A DNA stretch of 63,813 nucleotides, counting the filler. It is 8 parts of 8 records of this genome, joined end to end, with 100 filler letters (N's around TTAATTAATTAA, not from the genome) between each part and the next. Parts side by side here need not be neighbours in the genome. Positions count along the whole stretch, not along the records: positions 28,516 to 40,850 come from SRR31147125_34906; 7 more parts are not named here. One strand, written 5' to 3'. Within the stretch, counting starts at the first letter, position 1. Every line of letters starts with the position of its first letter. Of the stretch, positions 31,530 to 40,950 are shown one piece after another. The notes below the pieces were generated by a model, which was not told where the DNA came from, made no database searches, and was given only the letters and a program-made list of their open reading frames with translations. The translations under genes were made by a program, and so were the position numbers.

Positions 31530-34138
31530 TTAGTTTGCGTCCAAGATCTGCCTTACAGATTGCAGCAGTTTATTCATTTCTAAAGGTTTCATCAAGAATG
31601 CATCTATGCCTTGTTCTTCGGATGTTTTCTCGTCAACTTTACTGCTGAACCCCGTACAGAGAACGACAGGGATTTTATCGTTGATTCTCTTGAGGGCATT
31701 GGCAAGGTCACGTCCACATAAATCTGGCATGGTTTGATCAGTGATTACTAAATCAAACATTTCGGGATTTTGTTCAAAAAGCTTGAGTGCAGCGGTGCTG
31801 CTCGTGGCGGTTGTGACCCGGTAGCCTCCCTCTGTCAGCATTTCATCACCGAGTTCAGCCAACATTTCATCGTCATCGACAAAGAGTATGTGTTCTGTTC
31901 CGTTTACGCTTGATCCGATCACAGGTTTTTTTTCTGTTTCTGCAGTATCTACACTTGTCTGTTTCACGTCTGTTCTTGGAAAGAACATATGAAATGTTGT
32001 CCCCAGACCCGGCTGACTCTCAACTTGGATCATCCCCCCGTGCTGAGCAACAATTCCCTGCACCGTTGCCAGCCCCATTCCTGTGCCTTCATACATCTCT
32101 TTCGTTGTAAAGAAAGGATCGAAAATATTGTCAAGAATCTCTTTAGGAATACCGCAGCCGGAATCTTTCACACTGAGCTTAGCGTAGTTTCCTGGGAGGC
32201 ATGTTTCGTGTATTGGGATATCTTCTTTACTTAAAAACCTTGGCTCAAGATCAATGCTGAGAGTTCCAACTTCATCCATGGCATGAACAGCATTATTGCA
32301 GAGGTTAATCAATATTTCCTGTACCTGAGAAGGAGCGGCGCTGATTCTTTTCGATGCACACTCTGGTAAATGCGATTGAGTTATCTTTATGGTTGAAGGG
32401 ATCGTTGCCTGAAGTAGCGATATCGTTTCATTGACAATCTCAAGCAAACTTGCTGACACTTTCTCCTGTGCGTCCTGTCGACTATATGAAAGGATTCCTT
32501 GGACCAGATCTCGGGATCGACCTACGGCAATTTTGGCATTTTCCAGAAAGGAAATTGCTTCATGTTGGTTGGGATACTTCATCATCGCCATCTCTACGTT
32601 GCCTAATATAACGGAGAGGTTGTTGTTGAAGTTATGAGCAATCCCACCAGCCAAGTAACCAACGGCTTCCATCTTGTTTTTCAGTCGTAGCTGTTGTTCA
32701 TTGGCTTTTTTTTCCGTCACGTCACTTTTAACAGCAACATAATTGACAATATTGCCACTATCATCATTCACAGGAGAAATGGTTGCCTCTTCTGTATAAA
32801 AGCTTCCGTCCTTCTTCTGGTTAACAATTTCTCCCTTCCAGCTACGCCCTTCTGATAGGTCTTTCCAAATGGCTTTATAAAACCCTTTATCGTGCTTTCC
32901 ACTTTGAAGGATTCGAGGGTTCTGCCCAAGGACTTCTTCAAAGGCATATCCGGTAATGCTCTCAAACGCAGGGTTAACATACTGGATATTGGCTAAAGCG
33001 TCTGTGATAACAATGCTCTCCCCTGTTTGGTAAATCGCAGATAAAAGCTTTTCTTTCTCAACTTCCATCTTCTTGTAGGCGCTCATATCACGAACAGTTG
33101 AAAGAATATATTTTTTGCCTCTCCATAAAAGTGTTGATGATTTGATATGGACAGGGAACAATTCTCCTGAGCTTTTCTTGTGGAGCAACTCAAACTCAAC
33201 TTTTCCAGATTCTAATAGCTGCTCCAGGTGCTGCTCGCGGTCAAATTTCTCAACCTCTTCTGGCGTCGTCAGGTCTCTGGGTGTCATCCCCAGCAGTTGT
33301 TCTTTGCTATAGCCGTATATTTCAGTGGCATGTTGATTCACTTCAGTAAATGAAGTAAACCCACCAGCAGTTGCTTCATGAAGAAAGACAGCGTCATCTT
33401 GATTGTTTAGAACTGTACGATACTTATCCTCACTTAAAGCAAGATCTGCCTCAGCTTTTTTCGAGCGTCTATCTCCTGTTTCAATTCATCAAGAGACTCT
33501 GAAAGGTATTCGGTCTTTTCTTGAACCATGTTTTTCAGTCGAAGACTGTTTAAGTTTGCAAAACGTAAAGTCGGCCTGATAATGATGATTGCTTCAAGGA
33601 GAAGCGTCAGAATGGTTCCAAAAAGAATATATCCTTCTATTTTCATCAGTTGGGCACTTTTTAGGTCACTCTCCTCTTCGTACATCTTTACGGCGTAATC
33701 TAAATCAGGCAGTAATCGTGAGGACCTCTCAAACAGATAAACGGGTACAAATGCATTGCTATTAGCAGTGAAATCATCAAGGAGTGCAAAATATCGTTTA
33801 GCTTTGACATCCAAGGAGAGGGGTTCGCTCAAGTACACTTGCTTCATTGAGTCGGAAGGAATGTTCTCAAGGAGGTAGTTGTGATCTTTCTCCATAAGAG
33901 ACCTAGTTATTCTCAATTCTTGCAAAAAGGTCAGATCACTTGTAGTCAGGTATTGGCTAGCTAACAGTGCTGTTCGCTGCGACAGCATTCTTTGTTTACC
34001 ACTGATATTGATAAGTTCGGCGTACCTCTCTTGTGCCTGGATCTGATTGTGCATTGTCAAATAGGCGAAGAATGCCCACATAGCGAGAAGGAGAAAGGAC
34101 AGTAAATACGCTTGAGTAAGAGATAGGTGTTTTTTCAT
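31530..34138 (-). CDS. Hybrid histidine kinase: TM, PilJ/NarX-like sensor, TM, 2 PAS, HisKA, HATPase, REC (frameshift near 33455-33460)
   Basis: [14 protein letters not shown]-box-like motif; one extra A joins it to [13 protein letters not shown] and [37 protein letters not shown]. Confidence 0.9.
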
Positions 34139-34413
34139 AGGAAAGCTCAGTCACTGAATCTTATTATTAATACAATCAAACATTAAGCCAGAAATGAAGG
34201 GCTGTCTATAAAAAAGCATAAATGACCGAAGAATTTTGCCAGTCAGGTAATTTGTATAGTTGCTTTGTCAGGAAGAGCGATGACGATGAAAGGCTCAAAC
34301 GTATGGAGCTATGAAACATAAGGCCGTTGGAAATGCTACAATGGCCTTATCGTTAAATCACGACTTTTTAGAGAGTCGTTTTCCAGGAACTCAATGATTC
34401 CTTAAGAAAGGAA

Positions 34414-35666
34414 CTACAGGCAGACCGGCAAATGCAGCGTAAAGGTCGTTCCTTTTCCAACTTCACTTTGTACAAATATTTCACCGTCATGCTTTTTAAC
34501 AATCTCGTGAACGATGCTCATACCCAAGCCTGTTCCAAGGCCTGCCTCTTTAGTCGTGAAAAAGGGATCAAATATTTTATCTAAATTGTCTTTTGGTATG
34601 CCGCAACCGTTATCAGAGATTGAAATAATAATCTGGTCATTTTGGACGGTTGTTTTCACGGCTATGACACCTTTTTTGTCTATTGCATGAGACGCATTGA
34701 CGATCAAGTTGATAAAAACCTGACCTAATTGCTGTGGAAAGCCTCTGGTTAAAGGTAAATCCCCGAAGTCCCGATTAAGCTCACTGTTGTATTTGATTTC
34801 ATTCCAAATAACGTTGATTGTGCTTTCCAAACATTCATTGATGTTCACCATCTGCTTTTCTGGCTCATCAATACGAGAAAACGTTTTCAATGACTGGACG
34901 ATCGCTTTGACACTCTCAACTCCTTCAATAGAGTCTGTGATTAATTCTTCGCCATCTTCTAGGAGAAGATCAATTTTCAATTGTTTACGCAACTTTGAAA
35001 GTTGTTCTGATTTTTCACCTGAACATATATTGTCTATAATGGCCTGCTGCTCAGCCTGATATTCATTGATTTTAGAAAAATATTTTTTCAGTGAATTCAA
35101 ATTACTATTGATAAAGCCCACGGGATTGTTAATTTCGTGAGCGACTCCAGCGGCAAGCTGGCCAACAGACGCCATTTTCTCACGCTGAATCAAACATTTC
35201 TGACTCGCTTCAAGTTCTTGATTCGCTTTTTCTAACTTCTCTTTCGCAGCCGTTAGGTCTAAGCGTTCACTCTCTAATGCTTTTTCAAGGTTAACCTTGT
35301 CGGTGATATCCTCGAATGTTCCTAGAATACCGACAATATGTCCTTCGGCATCTCTTATGGGAGCTTTGTTGGTATTCAGCCAAGCCTGCTTTCCATCATT
35401 TTGCAATTGAGGTTCAACAATATTGAATTCCGGGGATCCAGACGCCATAACGCGCTGATCATCAAACCTAAACTGATCAGCCTCTTCGGTCGTCCAAGCT
35501 AAGTCATAGTCGCTTTTTCCAACGATTTCTGCCGGGTTCTCGACCCCAGCGACCTTGGCAAAGTTATCATTACAGCCCAAATAGACGCATTCGCGATCTT
35601 TCCAAAAATAAACTGGGGGATCGTGTTCATTACCAATTGAAACATTTCTGTCGGCGGCAGTATCAT
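34414..35666 (-). CDS. Cytoplasmic PAS histidine kinase (frameshift near 35605-35609)
   Basis: MILPPTEMFQLVMNTIPQFIF[W]KDRECVYLGCN PAS domain; GVAHEINNP, DPFFTTK, GTGLG; GGAGG RBS. Confidence 0.9.
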
Positions 35667-36036
35667 TTCAAATGCCCTCCTGTTAATTCGTGAGAGAACC
35701 ACTGCAACACATAATTTTGGACGATCTCAATAAAGAAGCTCTTTACGCAAATACCACTTATTAAGAAATGATATAAAACACAACATTAGTCAAGACAAAT
35801 AATAAGGCCTGATTTCTTACCTGCTAAGGGAGCTGTCCTCTTTATTCATGGCAGAGCAACATCTCCAATATTTCAATAATTCAATTTCGTCCTAAATGTG
35901 AGGAGCTGTGAAGCTACGCAATATATCCGCCCTCCACGACGAAATGATATCTCACATATTGTGTTAAAACAGTTCGCAAAAGGGCCTAGAAGCTCTTGAC
36001 AGAAATCACGCAAGAAGGGATATCTGCAGCGGCAGG

Positions 36037-36494
36037 CTATGGCCTCTGCTGACTGATATCGAATTGAACAGATTGTTCTTTCCCCAGACTATCCTCATAA
36101 CGGATAAACACTGTCTCCGGCTGTCAGAAAATATTGATCATCGTCACAACATCCAATGTGGTAGAGCAGCTGTTGCGATGACTGTCGTAGAGAACTTCAT
36201 TGGTATCGACATCAACTAGTATCAGCGGGAGTTCTGACTCTGAATACTGGGGTCCCGAAATCATCAGGCCATGTTCTGGCGAAAAGTCTGCAGACTCAAA
36301 TACGTCTTCAAACAAAATATCACCCGTCTGTCGATAAACGCGATAGATACCGCACCCGGTTCCGCATCCGAGCACCTGTAGCAAGTTGTTTTTTTCGTCC
36401 AGGTGATCCACCCTCCATAGCCGGGCGAAAAACGATTTGTCCGCCGTTCTGAAGCAAGGTCATAAATACTGACATTTCGGGGAGGATGAGCCAT
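36037..36494 (-). pseudogene. Disrupted hypothetical gene (frameshift near 36389-36395; in-frame TGA at 36124-36126)
   Basis: ORFs 36264..36494 and 36124..36411 join with one extra A (WITWTKKNNLLQVLGCGTGC); the frame stays open for 28 codons past the TGA. Confidence 0.45.
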
Positions 36495-36658
36495 ATGCCA
36501 GAAAAGCCCCGGAATATCTCTCCTGATATCTACTGATTCAGTTTCTTGTATTTTACTTTCAGTATATACTTGATATTAAAGCTCAAGAATATGAGCGTTG
36601 AAAGACGAAGATGCTGTTTAAACGGACTCGAACAACAATCGAAAGAGAGCCTTAAATC

Positions 36659-37311
36659 ATGTTTCTGTTGAGCAACATCACGAAAAAATACGGTGATCAG
36701 AACGTTCTCAAGGGTGTCAATCTGGAGCTTGGACCGCGGGAAATGGTTGCGATTATGGGCACTTCAGGAGCAGGCAAAAGCACGCTGCTTGGTGTTATGG
36801 CAGGGCTGGTTCAACCCGACGGAGGTCAGATAGAGTTCAACGGTCAGGACATTTCCAAACTCAGTGAAGAAGCTCTGGCCGATTTTCGCAGGCAGCATAT
36901 CGGCATTGTCTTTCAGGACTTCCGACTGATCCCTTCCCTGTCTGTTGCTGATAATATTCTGATCGCGGCATTTCCAAGAACAGACATTTCTCAGGCTGAT
37001 AAAGTTCAGCAGATGGAAACTCTGGCAGCACATGTGGGCCTATCGGGAATGCTGAGAAAAAAACCGACCTGTTGAGCGGTGGTGAAAAACAGCGAGTTGC
37101 AATCGCCAGAAGCCTGATCAACAAACCGGCTTTTGTCCTCGCTGATGAGCCGACGGGCAACCTGGATGACACCACCTCGGCAAGCATCCTCGATCTGTTT
37201 GCTTCGCTCCACGCTGAATTGGATACGACCTTTATCATCGTCACGCACGATGAGGATGTGGCAGCGACAACCCAGAAAACTTATCGCATGAGTTCCGGGA
37301 GGCTGGTATGA
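36659..37311 (+). CDS. ABC ATPase, LolD/MacB type (frameshift near 37057-37065)
   Basis: GTSGAGKST, IVFQDFRL, LSGGEKQRVAIAR, LADEPTGNLD, VTHD. Confidence 0.93.
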
Positions 37312-37700
37312 AACAAATCTCTCTACTGATACTGCTTTTGTCTATGGCCATAACGGCTGCCGCCGAAACGGTGACCATGGAAATCTTCTATCTTCCTCAT
37401 CGCCCAGCCATCGCAGTCACGCAGAAGATCGAGCAGGCCGTCGCTCAACTCGATTATGTGACCATCAAAAAACACTCCTTCGAAGATCCTTCCGCCCTCC
37501 CTTTGATTGAAAAATATCAGCTGCACGATCATATGCCCGTTGCTGTCTTTATCAACGGCAAGGATCGTTACCTGCTTGCGGGACAAGAGATCATTTTCCG
37601 GAATTTCCCCAAAGGAGATGCCTTTGTCCCGACTTTCGAAGGAGTCTGGAGTTATGAACAGCTCCGTCGCCTTGTCGTCTCTTTGGGCTCCAGACAGTGA
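37308..37700 (+). CDS. Secreted Cys-free thioredoxin-fold-like protein
   Basis: Signal peptide; EIFYLPHRPA at the CxxC position, HMPVAVFING at the cis-Pro loop; overlaps both neighbours by 4 nt. Confidence 0.6.
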   Translation: MKQISLLILLLSMAITAAAETVTMEIFYLPHRPAIAVTQKIEQAVAQLDYVTIKKHSFEDPSALPLIEKYQLHDHMPVAVFINGKDRYLLAGQEIIFRNFPKGDAFVPTFEGVWSYEQLRRLVVSLGSRQ

Positions 37701-38764
37701 TGAACCTGCTCAGGTGGGTCGCCACCAACAGATACCACTATAAAGGCAGAACTCTCATCGTCGGTGGATTGTGCGGACTTCTTCTGTTTCTCTTCGTCGC
37801 CGCTGTCACTCTGATGCAGAATGTCGCCGATCAGGCCCGAAAGCCCTTGAACGCCCTGAATACGGAGTTGATTATCCAGAAACCCGGCAACGCCGAGCAG
37901 AGTGGCGGACTGAAAACCGGAGGGCTGATCCAGCCGTTCAACATGAGTCCTTTTCAGCGGCAACATGTTAACACGTCCCTCAGTCAGCTCGATTCCGTCA
38001 CCAGTACATCCTCCGCTCTGATCCTCTGGAAACTGGATACCAGAGGGACACTGGTCCTCGCCGGTCTGTCTGGAAAGGATCCATCTGTCGGGCTGAGGGC
38101 TATCGAATCGATGCTGATTAAGGGATCTTTTTTCTCCTCGGACAACGCTGAGGAGGTCATTCTGGAACGGCACTATGCCGCTTTTTTCGGTCACAAGCTG
38201 GGCAGCAGTTATGCGTTGCAGGGGAAAGACCTTAAAATCGTCGGCCTCGTCGATTTTGTCGATCAGAGTAACCTGAATACAGCCTCGATTTTTCTTCCCT
38301 ATGAGACGGCAACTGACTTGAGTGAAACGCCGTCCGGCACCATCAATCAGACCTTTGTTTCACTGGCGTCCGCTGCAGATATGGAGCCCTTGACGCGTGC
38401 GGTTCAGGAGCAGTTGCCCGGTTTCCAGCTCATTACCAAGGACAACCTCTATAAAAACCTGAAAGGCCTGAACGGCCTCATGGCCAATTTCGGCATGTGG
38501 ATCACGGCAGTCATTTTCGGAGTGAGCCTGTTGCTGATCGTTTTTCTCCTGAAGATGCATGTGTCAGACTTTCGCAATAGCGGAAAAACACTCATCATGC
38601 TCGGCTGGCCGGCTCGACTCTGCAGACGCTGGGTCCTATTGGACATCACCGTCATCATGCTTACAGCGGCTCTGTTCTGTGTCGTCCTGTCGGTCCTGTT
38701 TATCTCTTTCGGACTCCCCGCAGTAGAATCACCGCAATCTGGATTGCAGGAGCTTGTCCTATGA
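37697..38764 (+). CDS. ABC permease, MacB/FtsX type
   Basis: N-terminal TM helix, periplasmic core (IKGSFFS...EVILE...IVGLV), C-terminal LGWP and TM helices. Confidence 0.85.
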   Translation: MMNLLRWVATNRYHYKGRTLIVGGLCGLLLFLFVAAVTLMQNVADQARKPLNALNTELIIQKPGNAEQSGGLKTGGLIQPFNMSPFQRQHVNTSLSQLDSVTSTSSALILWKLDTRGTLVLAGLSGKDPSVGLRAIESMLIKGSFFSSDNAEEVILERHYAAFFGHKLGSSYALQGKDLKIVGLVDFVDQSNLNTASIFLPYETATDLSETPSGTINQTFVSLASAADMEPLTRAVQEQLPGFQLITKDNLYKNLKGLNGLMANFGMWITAVIFGVSLLLIVFLLKMHVSDFRNSGKTLIMLGWPARLCRRWVLLDITVIMLTAALFCVVLSVLFISFGLPAVESPQSGLQELVL

Positions 38765-40008
38765 TGCTCTCTTACCTGGCTGCTTATGTCCGCAGCAACC
38801 GGATCAAAGCGCTGCTCATGCTGAGCAGCCTGATTCTTTATTTTCTGGCGGTTGCAATGAGTGCCACCATGAGCAACAGCATCGCTGATGTTGCGACGCT
38901 GCCAATGAAGAGCATCGGTGCTGAAACCGTCGTGCAGAGAAGCGGTAAAATTCCGAATCAGATGGTCGGGGCTATTTTTCCTCACTCCAACGCCCCAATC
39001 TATCCGCATGAAATTGCTCAAATAGCCTCGTCCTCGTTTCTGACCGGCTACGACAGCGCTCTGTACTTCTGGTATTTCGACAACAGTTTTTTCAAGTCAG
39101 CGCTGGGCGTCCACATGGATGAAGGAATCTACGCCGACATTCTAAAAAACAATGTCGTTTCTGGAAAATATCCGGATGCCGACAACGAAATACTGGCAAC
39201 CGAAGATTTTATCAGGAAGACAGGAGTCGGGCTCGGGGAATCAATCTCAATGGGCGCAGATCAATTGACCATCAGCGGAGTCCTGCGCTCGCAATTCAAC
39301 GGAAACATCGCCCCGGCCGATCTTTATCTGAACATCGACTCAGCTCAACGCATAGCGGGACGATCTTCTGAAATGAAGGACCTATACAACATCAGCGAAG
39401 CACGCTTTTACAACATGCTGGTACTGAAAACGGACCCGCTATGGCGAGGCGATCTGGAAGAGGCCATCAAAGCGCACGGTGACGGCTATCTGGTTTTTGG
39501 AACGCAGAGTTTTGCCACTGAGATCTCCGATCAGTTACTGTTTTTATCGTCCTCGGCAACTCTGGCTTTTGTCATGATCGGAGTTCTGCTACTGATCAGC
39601 TTTTCCTTGATGGTCTTTTACGGAATCAAGGCCCGAGAAAACGAAATCGCTCTTCTGCGGATGATGGGCTGGACATTTCGCAAACTGAGGCATCAGTTTA
39701 TGGGTGAAAGTCTGATTATCGTCGGCGTTGCTCTCCTGCTGGGGAATATTCTCTACGGGCTGGCTTTAAAGCTGCTCTCTACTATCAACGTCACCATGGA
39801 GCTCCCTTGGGATATTTCTGCGAAGCCCCATTTCCTGCCGAGCGAGAACAACATTGAAAGAACCATCAGCGCGCCACTGCCGGTCAATTTTGATATCTGG
39901 ACCCATTTGGCCATCAATCTCGGCATGATCGCGACCTTTGCGATTCTAACCTACCTGCTACTCTATCGGCTGAAAAACATCAACCCTGCGGCGTTCTACA
40001 AAACCTAA
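38761..40008 (+). CDS. ABC permease, MacB/FtsX type
   Basis: RENEIALLRMMGW...QFMGES FtsX motif; PWDISAKPHFLP loop; ATGA overlap. Confidence 0.88.
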   Translation: MMLSYLAAYVRSNRIKALLMLSSLILYFLAVAMSATMSNSIADVATLPMKSIGAETVVQRSGKIPNQMVGAIFPHSNAPIYPHEIAQIASSSFLTGYDSALYFWYFDNSFFKSALGVHMDEGIYADILKNNVVSGKYPDADNEILATEDFIRKTGVGLGESISMGADQLTISGVLRSQFNGNIAPADLYLNIDSAQRIAGRSSEMKDLYNISEARFYNMLVLKTDPLWRGDLEEAIKAHGDGYLVFGTQSFATEISDQLLFLSSSATLAFVMIGVLLLISFSLMVFYGIKARENEIALLRMMGWTFRKLRHQFMGESLIIVGVALLLGNILYGLALKLLSTINVTMELPWDISAKPHFLPSENNIERTISAPLPVNFDIWTHLAINLGMIATFAILTYLLLYRLKNINPAAFYKT

Positions 40009-40222
40009 GGGACTGCAGCTAACTAACCCATATATTATTTAACAAGTTATTTTAACTGAGATAATTGAACTGTTTGTTCAAATGCATTAAATCGCGATTC
40101 ACATCCCTTCAATAACAGGCCAAATTGCTCCCTGGGAATGCCGTCAAACTTGCGTAAATAACGTTTCGCTTGACTCCAAAAATTCTCTATCCCGTTGGTA
40201 TGATTTCGCTCTCTGCGAACAT
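40009..40222 (-). mobile_element. IS1595-family (IS1016-like) remnant: transposase 3' end plus putative terminal IR
   Basis: Minus strand reads RNHTNGIENFWSQAKRYLRKFDGIPREQFGLLLKGCESRFN, stop at 40047-40049; end GGGACTGCAGCTAACTAACCC at 40009-40029; not in the ORF track. Confidence 0.85.
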
Positions 40223-40268
40223 ACTTGAGAGACAGGTTTCAGCCATTCACATCATCGCTAGAAAGTGC

Positions 40269-40847
40269 CTATGAAACCGCTAAAAAGATTCCACAGAAGG
40301 CGACAGCACTACCTGCAATACGGGTAACGACATTCAAGTTCGTTTTCTGCATCAGTGCCCCTAACATCATGCCTGCGGTGTGAAGCATTGCTGTCCCCAG
40401 AGAAAATCCAACGGTATATGAAACTGCCCCCAATGCGACCGGCATCTCTGCACCATGAGCATGCCCGTGAACCATGGCAAACAAACCCACGATGATCGTG
40501 CTATAGAGCATCGGAAACCGGTATGCACTGGCAATCAGAATACCGAGTACCAAAACAGAGATTATGATTCCAGCTTCTACATACGGGATTGTCACACCCG
40601 TGAAACCTAAAACACCCCCTAAAATCATGACACCAACGAAGGTGCAGGGCACTACCCATTTTGCACGGCCACCCATTTGAGCCGCCCACAAGCCAACCGC
40701 CACCATTGCAAGAAGATGATCGACACCTCCGATTGGGTGACCAATGCCCTGCATGAAACTTGCAGTTTCACCAGCACCGGTATGAGCCAAAACCCCACTG
40801 GGAAACATGAACGATAAAACAAGAAGCTTTAGAATCAACGATTTCAT
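40269..40847 (-). CDS. HupE/UreJ-family Ni/Co transporter
   Basis: AHTG after the signal peptide, HPIGGVDHLLAMVAVG, HGHAHGAE, LHTAG. Confidence 0.95.
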   Translation of the reverse strand: MKSLILKLLVLSFMFPSGVLAHTGAGETASFMQGIGHPIGGVDHLLAMVAVGLWAAQMGGRAKWVVPCTFVGVMILGGVLGFTGVTIPYVEAGIIISVLVLGILIASAYRFPMLYSTIIVGLFAMVHGHAHGAEMPVALGAVSYTVGFSLGTAMLHTAGMMLGALMQKTNLNVVTRIAGSAVAFCGIFLAVS

Positions 40848-40850
40848 TTT

Positions 40851-40950
40851 NNNNNNNNNNNNNNNNNNNNNNNNNNNNNNNNNNNNNNNNNNNNTTAATT
40901 AATTAANNNNNNNNNNNNNNNNNNNNNNNNNNNNNNNNNNNNNNNNNNNN
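40851..40950. other. Artificial contig linker
   Basis: N44-TTAATTAATTAA-N44. Confidence 0.99.

Noticed and set aside
34195..35845. GGGCTGTC-like sequences near 34199 and 35828 as extra IS1016 ends
   Set aside because: The matches are too short and there is no adjacent transposase sequence
37050..37075. Programmed ribosomal frameshift at the A7 run in the ABC ATPase
   Set aside because: Indistinguishable from the homopolymer errors elsewhere, and no stimulatory structure is evident
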